This document shows, piece by piece, positions 28,186 to 36,532 of a DNA stretch of 64,000 bases. Source of the stretch: a virus; the IMG/VR virus record IMGVR_UViG_3300028800_001035, positions 8,464 to 72,463 of that record. One strand, given 5' to 3'. A model generated the notes under the pieces. It was not told where the DNA came from and searched no databases. It saw nothing but the letters and a program-made list of their open reading frames with translations. Both the position numbers and the translations under genes were made by a program. Position 1 is the stretch's first letter; each line of letters starts with the position of its first letter.

Positions 28186-29346
28186 TTAAAACGGAATCGG
28201 ATCGTCGGCGGTCGCCGGGTATTTCGGGACGAGAACGACCTCGAGCCCTTGCTCCGGCGCGACCGGGACGTTCGCCTCCGACCAGAGCCCGACGTTGATC
28301 CGCTTGACGATCGCCTCCGCGACCCGCTCCCAATCGTCGTAATAGCCGTCCGGCGCGGCGAGGACGGGCTCGTTGTTCGCGTCCTTGACCTCGAGACCCT
28401 CGACCCGCCACGGGCGCGGATGGACCTCGGAGAGTCTCCAAGGACCGCGCGGGTAGGACCGCGACCCGGCGTAGGAGCCGTAGTAGGACCAGGAGGCCTT
28501 CGAGAGCCCGCGCGGGCGGCGCTTCATAACGGCGCGGAAGGCCTCCGACGGCGGGACGTGGCCCGGGAACGTCATCCCGTGCTCCCAGTTGTCTTGCTCG
28601 GCGGTCAAGACCGCCTCGACCTGCTCCTCCGTCGCCTCGGTCAAGACCCAGCGCGCGACGAGGTCTTTTAGGTGATAGGTGTAGGCGATCGAGCGGTTCT
28701 CCGTCAGCTCGAGGACCTCGAGGACGTTGTAGGTGAAGACCGACGGCTTGCCGAGGTCGAGGGCCCGCATCGTCCGGTAGTAGACGTGATCGGATTCGCC
28801 GGGAAACGCTTCGAGGAGGACGCCGCTCCGCCGACCGCGCGGGAGGAAGATCGAGTCGATCTCCTCGGCGGCCTTGAGGAAGTCCGGCTGGTCGATGACG
28901 ACGTAGGTCTTGCCCGCGTCGGGGCCGCCGTGGAAGAGGTCCCACTTGTCCGGCGCGTCGATCAGGACGGTCCGCCCGCCCTCGTCGCGGGTATTGCTCT
29001 CGAGCTCGCGGAAGGCCATCCAGGGCTGCCAGTTCCGCCCGTAGGACGTCGTGAACGGCATCTCGTAGGCGGTCGGTCGCTTGCCGCCCTCCTTGAGGAC
29101 CTTCATCACAATCGTCTCGAGCGGGGAGCCCCGGAAGGTCGAAACCTTCTTCGTGAAGGTGATCTTGTCCCGGCCGCGCCATACGACCGGCTCCGCGCCG
29201 AGCCGGACGAGGACCGCGATCGCGTACTTGAGCCCGGTTCCGAAGTAGCCGATCGGGTTGGTCGTATTGGGCTTCGCGTGCGCGCCCATCACGGTAAAGG
29301 CCCGGAGGTCGATCAAGCCGGGGGTCTCGAAGACGACGGCGGTCAT
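28186..29346 (-). CDS. GHKL-type ATPase with rearranged motif order
   Basis: IGYFGTGLK G-box precedes RELESNTRDEGG N-box. Confidence 0.7.
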   Translation of the reverse strand: MTAVVFETPGLIDLRAFTVMGAHAKPNTTNPIGYFGTGLKYAIAVLVRLGAEPVVWRGRDKITFTKKVSTFRGSPLETIVMKVLKEGGKRPTAYEMPFTTSYGRNWQPWMAFRELESNTRDEGGRTVLIDAPDKWDLFHGGPDAGKTYVVIDQPDFLKAAEEIDSIFLPRGRRSGVLLEAFPGESDHVYYRTMRALDLGKPSVFTYNVLEVLELTENRSIAYTYHLKDLVARWVLTEATEEQVEAVLTAEQDNWEHGMTFPGHVPPSEAFRAVMKRRPRGLSKASWSYYGSYAGSRSYPRGPWRLSEVHPRPWRVEGLEVKDANNEPVLAAPDGYYDDWERVAEAIVKRINVGLWSEANVPVAPEQGLEVVLVPKYPATADDPIPF

Positions 29347-29519
29347 AGCGCAATCCTTTCGACGAAGGCTTTTATCTGATCGCGGAAAATCGCCGCGAGG
29401 ACGATCAGGAGTATCGGGGCCCAGAACTCGACGACGACCGCACCGAGGACGGCGACCATAGCGGCGACGCCGACGATCCCGAAGGCGGCGATCGCGCCCA
29501 AGCCGAGGAGGACCCTCAC
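29343..29519 (-). CDS. small membrane protein
   Basis: GTG start; two hydrophobic segments; GTGA-type overlaps. Confidence 0.5.
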   Translation of the reverse strand: MRVLLGLGAIAAFGIVGVAAMVAVLGAVVVEFWAPILLIVLAAIFRDQIKAFVERIAL

Positions 29520-29770
29520 GGCTTTTCCTCCATCCCGAGGATCAGGAGCGAGATCCCGAGGAGGCCGACCCGGAAGGCGGAGGCCTCGAACTCGTCGCGC
29601 GCCATAGCGAGGCGACCGTCGAAGGCCGCGCGCTCGTCCGCGAGCGCCGCCTTGAGCTCGACCTTCGCCTTGCGGTACCACCAGCACGCCGACCAGACCT
29701 TGAAGCGCGCCGCGTTACGGCGACGCTCCTCGGCCTCGCGGATTTCTTCCATCGTCTTGTCGTCGAGCAT
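29516..29770 (-). CDS. hypothetical protein
   Basis: RBS and tight packing. Confidence 0.55.
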   Translation of the reverse strand: MLDDKTMEEIREAEERRRNAARFKVWSACWWYRKAKVELKAALADERAAFDGRLAMARDEFEASAFRVGLLGISLLILGMEEKP

Positions 29771-29771
29771 A

Positions 29772-29936
29772 TCATTCCCCCTTCTTCGCGAGGAGCGCCG
29801 CTTCTTCGACGCCCTTCCGCCACTTCGCCTCGGAACGGGTCATCCCGTTCCACTTCATCCGCCCGTCGACGAAGAGCGCCCAGCTATAGGCGTCGTCGCC
29901 GCCGTCCTTCCTGATCTTGACCCGGGAGCCGCTCAT
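29772..29936 (-). CDS. hypothetical protein
   Basis: MSGSRVK start overlaps the helicase stop. Confidence 0.5.
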   Translation of the reverse strand: MSGSRVKIRKDGGDDAYSWALFVDGRMKWNGMTRSEAKWRKGVEEAALLAKKGE

Positions 29937-31498
29937 CTCCGGTCCTCCCCGGGGATCAAGATCAGCGTCTCCATCGCCCGCGTCTGCGCAACGTAAAGAA
30001 GGTTGCACTCCTGCTCGAACGCCGCCTCGGACTTCGCCGACTTGAGCGGGACCATCTCCGGCCCGTAAATCGCGACGGTGTGCCACTCGCGACCTTTAGC
30101 TTTATGCATAGTGCAAAGCGTCAAGACGCCCTCGCCGGTCCCGTCGGCGAAGAGCTCGTCAATCTTCGCGAGAACGGCGGGGACGGTCCGGTTCGGGACG
30201 GGGATCGACTCGATCACGGTCTTGATGCAGTCGATCCGATCTTGAAGCGCCTCGGTCTTCGCGACGTCGCCCTTCTTCGCGTTGATCTCCCACTCCTTGG
30301 CGGCGTAGGCGTCCATCCGCTCGAGGAGGCTCTCGACCCCCTTCGGGCGGAGCTTCTTGACGAGGGCCGAGAGGCCCGCGCCGATGTCCTTGCCGAGGAC
30401 GAAGCACCCCCTGCCCTCCGCGATCAGCTTGAAGGCGAGGGAGATCAGGGGGGCGGTCTTGCGGCAGAGGATCGCGGAGCTCGCGTCGAGGCGCGGGAGC
30501 GCGTCCTTGAGCGGGAGCGTTACGACCTCGCCCTCGATCGCGCCGGGGAAGACGTCGAAGTAGGGGACGATCATCCGGGCGAGTTCGCCGACGGCCTTCG
30601 GGCAGCGGTAGGAGGTCGTCAAGGGAAGCTCGACGGTCTTGAACTCGCGGGCGATTACGTCCATCGCGTCGGCGGAAGCGCCCGTGAAGGCGTAGATTGC
30701 TTGGCGGGGATCGCCGACCGCGACGAGGCGACCGTCGCGGCGGAGGACCTTGCGGGCGAACTCCCGGCGGACGGGGTTTGTATCCTGCGCCTCGTCGACG
30801 AAGACCCAGCTATAGGGGAAGAGGCGGAGGTTCCAGAGGAGCGGGAGGTAGAGCTGGTCGTCGAAGTCGATCCAGCGCTCGGTCTCGGCCTTGCGGTTCG
30901 AGGCGGCGAGCGCCTTGCGCGCGATCTCGACGGCGCGGCCCTCGGTCGCCTTCTCGTCGTCGAGCCACATATCCTGCCCGGCGATGATCTCGAACCAGAC
31001 CTCGGGGACGTCCGCCGCGAGGCCCGGGATGCCGACGCCGATTCCCTTGCCGTAGCCGACGAGCTTCGCGACGAAGTCGCCATACATCTCGTATTCGTCC
31101 TCGGAGAGCCGGTCCTTGAGAATCTTCCGGACCTTCCCGCCGTCGACCTCGACCTTGACGTCGCGCCCGAACTTCGCGCAGAGCGCCTTGAAGCCGCGCG
31201 CGTGGAAGGTCGCGGCCTCGACGTTGCGGAAACGCGAAACGTCTCCCAGCTCTTCCGCGAGCTGGGAGACTTTCGCGCGCATCTCCTTGGCGATCGGCGT
31301 ATTGAAGGCGAGGATCAAGACGGTCTCGGAGACCGGGATGTAGGGGAGCGCCCGGACGATTGAGGTCGACTTCCCGGAGCCCGCGACGGCCTTGAGGATC
31401 GCGTTCCCGCGACCCTTGGCAATCCAATCGAAGAAGGCCTGCTGAAGTTTCGACGCGGCGAAGGCGCGCGGGGCGCGGACGGCGAGGGCGGCGCTCAT
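29933..31498 (-). CDS. UvrD/Rep-like SF1 helicase
   Basis: AVAGSGKS, LAFN, ATFHA, VDEAQD, VGDPRQAIY, SYRCP, TMHKAKGREW, LLYVAQTRA. Confidence 0.92.
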   Translation of the reverse strand: MSAALAVRAPRAFAASKLQQAFFDWIAKGRGNAILKAVAGSGKSTSIVRALPYIPVSETVLILAFNTPIAKEMRAKVSQLAEELGDVSRFRNVEAATFHARGFKALCAKFGRDVKVEVDGGKVRKILKDRLSEDEYEMYGDFVAKLVGYGKGIGVGIPGLAADVPEVWFEIIAGQDMWLDDEKATEGRAVEIARKALAASNRKAETERWIDFDDQLYLPLLWNLRLFPYSWVFVDEAQDTNPVRREFARKVLRRDGRLVAVGDPRQAIYAFTGASADAMDVIAREFKTVELPLTTSYRCPKAVGELARMIVPYFDVFPGAIEGEVVTLPLKDALPRLDASSAILCRKTAPLISLAFKLIAEGRGCFVLGKDIGAGLSALVKKLRPKGVESLLERMDAYAAKEWEINAKKGDVAKTEALQDRIDCIKTVIESIPVPNRTVPAVLAKIDELFADGTGEGVLTLCTMHKAKGREWHTVAIYGPEMVPLKSAKSEAAFEQECNLLYVAQTRAMETLILIPGEDRR

Positions 31499-32115
31499 TT
31501 CGCACCGCCTTTCGCGAAGGCGTCGCGGTCTTGCGACGCGACGAAGGCTTCGATCGCCGCGCGCTTCGACGGGTCGGAGAGCTCGCGTTCGTCGTACTGC
31601 TTGACGGAATCGAGAACCTTGCGATCGACGGCGTCGAGGAGCTCGGCGGCGCGGAGGCCGACGTTCTTGTTGCGCATCGCATCGAGGACGACCGCGTAGA
31701 ACGCGTCGGCGGCGTCGCCGACGTAGTAGCGGCGGGACTTGGCAATTTGCTGGTCGCGCTCGATCAAGAGCGCGCGGCCCCAACCCTCGCGATGCTTGCT
31801 GGCCTCGTCGGCGGTCGGAATCCGCCCCGAGAGGAGGAGCCCCTCCGTGATCGCGGCGAAGTCGTCCTGCTTGTCGGCCTTGGCGAAGAGCGTCCGGTCG
31901 ACCCAGGAACCGTCGGCGGGCGTCAACGCGCGGACGAGGACGGGCTCGTGGTTGACGTCGAAGAGCTCGTAGCCCTTGCCGCGATAGTTGCGCATCCAAA
32001 CGGCGCGGCGCTCGCCGTCGACGATCACGTCGAAGTCGTTGATCAGGTTGCGGGGGTTCGTCTCCCCGACGTTGGCGGGGCAGTCGCGGATCACGCGCTT
32101 GAAGGTGAAGTTCAT
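31495..32115 (-). CDS. hypothetical protein
   Basis: RBS aaggag downstream of a promoter motif. Confidence 0.6.
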   Translation of the reverse strand: MNFTFKRVIRDCPANVGETNPRNLINDFDVIVDGERRAVWMRNYRGKGYELFDVNHEPVLVRALTPADGSWVDRTLFAKADKQDDFAAITEGLLLSGRIPTADEASKHREGWGRALLIERDQQIAKSRRYYVGDAADAFYAVVLDAMRNKNVGLRAAELLDAVDRKVLDSVKQYDERELSDPSKRAAIEAFVASQDRDAFAKGGAK

Positions 32116-32174
32116 TTCTATTCTCCTTGGCCGCCCTCCCCGAAGTCGATCGGGGAATCGGGTCGACGCCGTCA

Positions 32175-32204
32175 TCCTAGCCCGGAACCCGGGGAAAAGT
32201 AAAG
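32175..32204 (-). promoter_or_regulatory. sigma70-like early promoter (TTTACT-N18-TAGGAT)
   Basis: CTTTACTTTTCCCC repeated exactly at 34556-34569 and 45303-45316. Confidence 0.7.
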
Positions 32205-32609
32205 TTAGGGCTTCGGCCAAGAATTAACCAATTCGACGAGGCGCTCGGCGAGATCGGCGGGGACGTTCGCCGGGTCGGAAAGCGCCTTGTAGAGCGTCCG
32301 GCAATTCGAGACGTGCCGGTGCTTGGCGACCCGGACCTTCTGCTCGGCCTCGATCGCCGGGGTCCAAGGCCGAACGATCGTCCCGGAGAAGCTCCCGCCG
32401 GTCGAATGCCCGCGATTCCCGTGAAGCCGGTACTGCTGCGCCTCGACGGCCTTCGGCTCCTTGGCCGGGGCGAGCTTGACGTTGCCATTCTTGAGGATGA
32501 CCGCGACGACCATCCGCCGGTAGGGCTCGTCGTTGCCGCCCCGCTCGACGGCGACGGGAGCGCCGAGGACGAAGGGATTCGGGCCGGGGTCGAATTTGGT
32601 AGCTTTCAT
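32205..32609 (-). CDS. hypothetical protein
   Basis: MKATKFD start with ATGA overlap. Confidence 0.55.
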   Translation of the reverse strand: MKATKFDPGPNPFVLGAPVAVERGGNDEPYRRMVVAVILKNGNVKLAPAKEPKAVEAQQYRLHGNRGHSTGGSFSGTIVRPWTPAIEAEQKVRVAKHRHVSNCRTLYKALSDPANVPADLAERLVELVNSWPKP

Positions 32610-32890
32610 CTCTCGTCTCCCGGGAAGTTGACGCGGTCGCAATACGGGTCGACCTTCGCCCGCCGCCAAAGGGCGAGCGGAACCGGGTCGTGCCCGTCGT
32701 TCTGCATATCCCAATCCGGGGCGAGGGCGAGGTCGGCGTAGTTGACCTCGTCGCCTTCCATCCAAGCGAGGGCGACGTAGCCTCCGTCGCCCCGGAACTT
32801 GGCGTCGAAGAGGTCTTCCCAGGCGATCGAGTGCCCGTAGGCGTCCCAGGCGGCGGCGAGCGCCGGGTTCTTCTTGCGGCCGGGTTTCAC
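32606..32890 (-). CDS. hypothetical protein
   Basis: GTG start with overlap. Confidence 0.5.
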   Translation of the reverse strand: MKPGRKKNPALAAAWDAYGHSIAWEDLFDAKFRGDGGYVALAWMEGDEVNYADLALAPDWDMQNDGHDPVPLALWRRAKVDPYCDRVNFPGDER

Positions 32891-33216
32891 AGCGGCATCT
32901 CCTTCGCGTGGTCGAAGATCGCCGCGACCTCGTACTTCGTCCGGCCCTCCTCGTCGTTGTAGCGGGCGAGGCTTTCCCCGAACCCGAGCCCGACGAGGGC
33001 GCGCTTGAGGGCGTCCCCGCACGGCGCGTCCGTCAGAACTTTCACGCCCGTCGCGCGGAAGGTCGCGCCGACTATGCAGAAGGATACGGCCTCTTTCCGC
33101 TCGACCCTCGTCGGCATACCCGAAGCATCCCGGGCGAAAACTCCCTGACACCACCCCGCGAGGACGAGGGCCTTCGCGCGATCGAGCGCGGCGTTGCGGG
33201 CTTCGAGGGTCGTCAT
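32887..33216 (-). CDS. hypothetical protein (DUF6197-like)
   Basis: GWCQG...FCIVGA...YND..GRT..EV...FD pattern. Confidence 0.55.
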   Translation of the reverse strand: MTTLEARNAALDRAKALVLAGWCQGVFARDASGMPTRVERKEAVSFCIVGATFRATGVKVLTDAPCGDALKRALVGLGFGESLARYNDEEGRTKYEVAAIFDHAKEMPL

Positions 33217-33416
33217 ATCGTCACTCCTTGTTCCTTGAAAACCGCGTGCCCGAGCCACGGCGCGATCCGGAGCTCGGTCCCGCTCCATTCGGATTGCGAC
33301 TTCGGGACGTAGACGGTCACCTGGTCGCCGGAGTCCTTCGCGACGCGGAAGGCCCAGGCGCGCTCGGTCTCGCGGAAGACGTCGGAGCGGCGAAGGCGGG
33401 TCGGGCGGGTTTTCAT
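33213..33416 (-). CDS. hypothetical protein
   Basis: RETERAW...YVPKSQ...IAPWL small phage protein pattern. Confidence 0.55.
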   Translation of the reverse strand: MKTRPTRLRRSDVFRETERAWAFRVAKDSGDQVTVYVPKSQSEWSGTELRIAPWLGHAVFKEQGVTI

Positions 33417-34135
33417 TTCGCGCCGTCCTTGAGGAGCCGCGTCGGCCATTGCGGGAAGTATTTCCCGAGGACCGAGACATTCTCGATCTGCTTCGTCTTC
33501 CAGCGCTCGACCGCCGCGCCCTTGCGGACGGTCAAGATCGAGTGCGACCAGACGTGGTCGCCGTCGAGCTCGGCGGCGTCGCACGCGCCGATCTTGGCGA
33601 CGAGCTTGAGGATGAAGAGGTCGTAGTTGATCGCGGCGTCCTCCTTGGCGTGCTGGACGAACCGCGCGACGAGGGTCGGCTCCCAAGCGTACTCGCCCTT
33701 CTCGCCCATCCGTCGCGCGCCCTTGAGGTCGCGGACGAACCGATGATATTTCGCGTACTTGTCCTTCGCGAGGTTGTAGCTGATGGTCCCGTATTGAAGG
33801 CCGCTCGCGCGGTCCGGATAGGGCGCGAAGCCGTCGACGTCGAAGCCGACCGCCTCGAGCTCGACCTTGACCTTGGCGGCGTAGGCGATCGCCCACTTCT
33901 CGGCGGCGGCGACGGAGGCGGCCTTGAGCGGGTGGACGGCGCGACCGACCGGCTCGCGGCTCGCAATCGTCGCGGCGATCGTCTCGGCGGGAATCTCGGC
34001 GGCGTAGGCCGCGTCGATCTCGTCGTTGAGCTCGCGGAGCCGGTAGACGTGACCGAGGAGCGTCGAGGTCTTCTTGAAATAGGCGGCGCGCTTGGCGGCG
34101 GCGACGCGGGCGGCCTTCTCGGATTTTTTGGTCAC
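33413..34135 (-). CDS. hypothetical protein
   Basis: Long ORF with the genome's codon usage; start uncertain. Confidence 0.6.
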   Translation of the reverse strand: MTKKSEKAARVAAAKRAAYFKKTSTLLGHVYRLRELNDEIDAAYAAEIPAETIAATIASREPVGRAVHPLKAASVAAAEKWAIAYAAKVKVELEAVGFDVDGFAPYPDRASGLQYGTISYNLAKDKYAKYHRFVRDLKGARRMGEKGEYAWEPTLVARFVQHAKEDAAINYDLFILKLVAKIGACDAAELDGDHVWSHSILTVRKGAAVERWKTKQIENVSVLGKYFPQWPTRLLKDGAK

Positions 34136-34344
34136 GACGTCTTCCCCGCTTCCCAAATCGCGCCACCCTTGATCCTGTCGAGGAGTATCTCGGCCTCGGC
34201 CTGATCGACGACGCGGACCGAGTCGAAACTCTCGCAGAGGTCGCGGCCCGCGCAGAGCGCGTCGTTACGGAAGGCGAAGCGGTCGTAGGTCGACCAGTCG
34301 CCGGTCTCGTCGATCACTTCGACGGTATATCGTTTGTCGGTCAC
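34132..34344 (-). CDS. hypothetical protein
   Basis: GTG start overlapping the upstream stop. Confidence 0.5.
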   Translation of the reverse strand: MTDKRYTVEVIDETGDWSTYDRFAFRNDALCAGRDLCESFDSVRVVDQAEAEILLDRIKGGAIWEAGKTS

Positions 34345-34511
34345 TTCACACCGCCCTTCGTCGCGGCGATCGCGCAAAGGGCGTTGACCTTCTTGTAGAG
34401 CGCGGCGAGCGGGCTGGCGTCAAAAGCGCCCTCGCGACCGTCGTCGTCCATCTCCATCGCCTTTTCGACGAGCAGCGCGCGGATTTGTTCTAGTTCTTGA
34501 TGGGAAAACAT
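34341..34511 (-). CDS. hypothetical protein
   Basis: Follows the promoter and conserved leader motif. Confidence 0.55.
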   Translation of the reverse strand: MFSHQELEQIRALLVEKAMEMDDDGREGAFDASPLAALYKKVNALCAIAATKGGVK

Positions 34512-34515
34512 TTTG

Positions 34516-34569
34516 TCGTCTCCGGTTATCTCGGCCCCCATAAGGCCCGATTCCCGGGGAAAAGTAAAG
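34516..34569 (-). promoter_or_regulatory. early promoter motif plus leader motif (copy 2)
   Basis: CTTTACTTTTCCCC at 34556-34569 and ATAACCGGAGACGA at 34516-34529. Confidence 0.7.
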
Positions 34570-34574
34570 CGGGT

Positions 34575-34931
34575 TCATCGCCCGAAGCGGAACCCCCGCT
34601 TTTCCCAAAACGAGACGAGCCGGGGGTCGGCGGCGGCCTCCCAAGCGTGGACCGTCACCTTCGAGACCGACCGGGCCTCGGCGACGGCTTCGAGGGTCAA
34701 GCCGGACCGGCGGCGGGCGAGGGCGAGGAGGAGCTCCGGCGACGCCGTCTGAACGCCGAACTTCGGCGAAACGGGCGAGGGCCGCCGGTCCTTCTCAATC
34801 TCGATCAAGACGTTCTCGGTCACACCGAGCCGCGCCGCCATCTCGACCTGGGTCAGCTCGAGGACCTTCCGAACGAGCCAGGCGGTCTCCCCCGGGGTCC
34901 TTTTGGTCAAATCCTTGTTATTTTGTTTCAA
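34575..34931 (-). CDS. XRE-family regulator with two HTH units
   Basis: LTQVEMAARLGVTENVLIEIEK and LTLEAVAEARSVSKVTVHAWE. Confidence 0.8.
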   Translation of the reverse strand: MKQNNKDLTKRTPGETAWLVRKVLELTQVEMAARLGVTENVLIEIEKDRRPSPVSPKFGVQTASPELLLALARRRSGLTLEAVAEARSVSKVTVHAWEAAADPRLVSFWEKRGFRFGR

Positions 34932-34958
34932 TTCGCTCTCCGTCGATTTTGAGGGGGT

Positions 34959-35465
34959 CTACGCGGCCTCGGGCGGCCCGGGGTCCGATCCTACCGGCCC
35001 GACCCGCCGAGCCGGTTCTCCGCCGCCCGCTCGAGGCCCCGTCAAGGCCCGGAGGACCCTCCCGGTCGGGAAATTGCCCTTCCCGAAGGCCCTCGCGACG
35101 AAGAAGGCGTCTCCGGCCCGGACGGCGTCCTCGAAGACCCCCCTGATCCCGGCGGGCTCGAAGAGGAAGTGCCAGGGGGGCGCTTTGAGGAGGAGGAAGG
35201 CCCGCCCCCCGGCGGCGGTCCAATCCTCGGCGAAGGCGACTTGCTCGAGCGTCAAGGTCTCGACGTGAAGCCGCGTCGCATCCCGCTTCGGGAAGCCGTC
35301 GATCGACTTGAGCTCGATCCAGCCGGTCGCGGCGTTCCCGTTCGGGGCGCGGAGGGCGTAGGCGACGTCGGGAACGCCGAGCGCGGTCGAGGTCTCGATC
35401 CGGACGAGCTTCCCGAACGGGGAGAGGTTGTCGCGGACGGTCGACCAGTAGGCGTCTTCCCTCAC
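34959..35465 (-). CDS. PD-(D/E)xK Holliday junction resolvase / VRR-NUC-like nuclease
   Basis: RIE...GVPD...WIELK...Q..F motif. Confidence 0.8.
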   Translation of the reverse strand: MREDAYWSTVRDNLSPFGKLVRIETSTALGVPDVAYALRAPNGNAATGWIELKSIDGFPKRDATRLHVETLTLEQVAFAEDWTAAGGRAFLLLKAPPWHFLFEPAGIRGVFEDAVRAGDAFFVARAFGKGNFPTGRVLRALTGPRAGGGEPARRVGPVGSDPGPPEAA

Positions 35466-35857
35466 GCCCGACCCTCCGCCCGCTTGGCGAACTTCTCGAG
35501 GCCCTCGAACTGTGCCCGCGAGAGCCGCCCGTTCCGGTCCCATTGATCCTTGATGCTCGCGATGAAGTCGTTTGCCTCTCCGCGCGGGTCCTTGCTCAAG
35601 ACGGTCTCGAACATATCGTCGACGACCTTTGCGAAGGCAGCCTTCCGCACCGCCTCGGCGGACGGCTCCGTCTTCGCGTCGCGCGGCTCGATCTCGACCT
35701 CGACCTTGATAACGCGGTCGAGGACGCGATCCCAGGTCGTGTCCGACTTGCGGATGATCTCGTTCGCCGAGTTGATCGCGGTTAGCTTCTCCTGGTCCGC
35801 GCCGGAGAGCGTCATATTCATTAGTTTTTTGAGTCGGCGAAAATCCTCGAGCTTCAA
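35462..35857 (-). CDS. hypothetical protein
   Basis: TTG start overlapping the exonuclease stop. Confidence 0.55.
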   Translation of the reverse strand: MKLEDFRRLKKLMNMTLSGADQEKLTAINSANEIIRKSDTTWDRVLDRVIKVEVEIEPRDAKTEPSAEAVRKAAFAKVVDDMFETVLSKDPRGEANDFIASIKDQWDRNGRLSRAQFEGLEKFAKRAEGRA

Positions 35858-36522
35858 AACAGCACCTCTTGTTTTTGCATATCTTCGCGGAGCGCAGCGA
35901 CCGCGCCGTCGAGGACGGTCCGCCCTTCGTTGCGCCGCTTGATCTCGAAGTAGACCTCCGCCGCCGCGCGGCAATCGGCGAGCGCGCCGTGAGCGCCGGG
36001 ATAGTCGCGCCCGAAGAAGAAGCGGTACGCCTCGGTCAGCTTCGGGGTCTTGAATTGGTCCGCCCGGCCCCAGCGGATCATCTGTTCGGTCGCGGGAAGG
36101 CGACAATGCGGCGACGCGAGCTCGGTCGTGTCGATCACCTCGCCCGGCCCGGGGAGCGTGACGGGCTTGCCGTTGCGCGCGATCGCTTGCCGCATTATCG
36201 CGAGGTCGAACTTCGGATTGTGCGCGATGATCGCGTCGGCGCGAGAACGGAGGTGGACGTAGGCCGGGACGACGAGGGAGAGCGGGACGCCAAACTCCTC
36301 GGCGACCGCCGTCGTTATACCGTGAACGCGCACGGCGGAGTCGGGGATAACGTAGCGGCCTTCGGGGCGGACGATCAACTCGAGCGTCGCGAACTCCGCG
36401 CCGTTGTCTCCGTCGACGAGGAGGCAGCCGAGCTGGACGAGCGGCGGCTGCGCCGGGTGATCGTCGGCGAGGCGGTCGCTCGGGATGCCGCAGGTCTCGG
36501 TGTCGAGGAAGAGGAGTTTCAA
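35854..36522 (-). CDS. DEDDh 3'-5' exonuclease (Pol III epsilon-like)
   Basis: DTET, VHGIT, AHNPKFD, DT, HGALAD motifs. Confidence 0.9.
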   Translation of the reverse strand: MKLLFLDTETCGIPSDRLADDHPAQPPLVQLGCLLVDGDNGAEFATLELIVRPEGRYVIPDSAVRVHGITTAVAEEFGVPLSLVVPAYVHLRSRADAIIAHNPKFDLAIMRQAIARNGKPVTLPGPGEVIDTTELASPHCRLPATEQMIRWGRADQFKTPKLTEAYRFFFGRDYPGAHGALADCRAAAEVYFEIKRRNEGRTVLDGAVAALREDMQKQEVLF

Positions 36523-36532
36523 GAGAGGCCCC

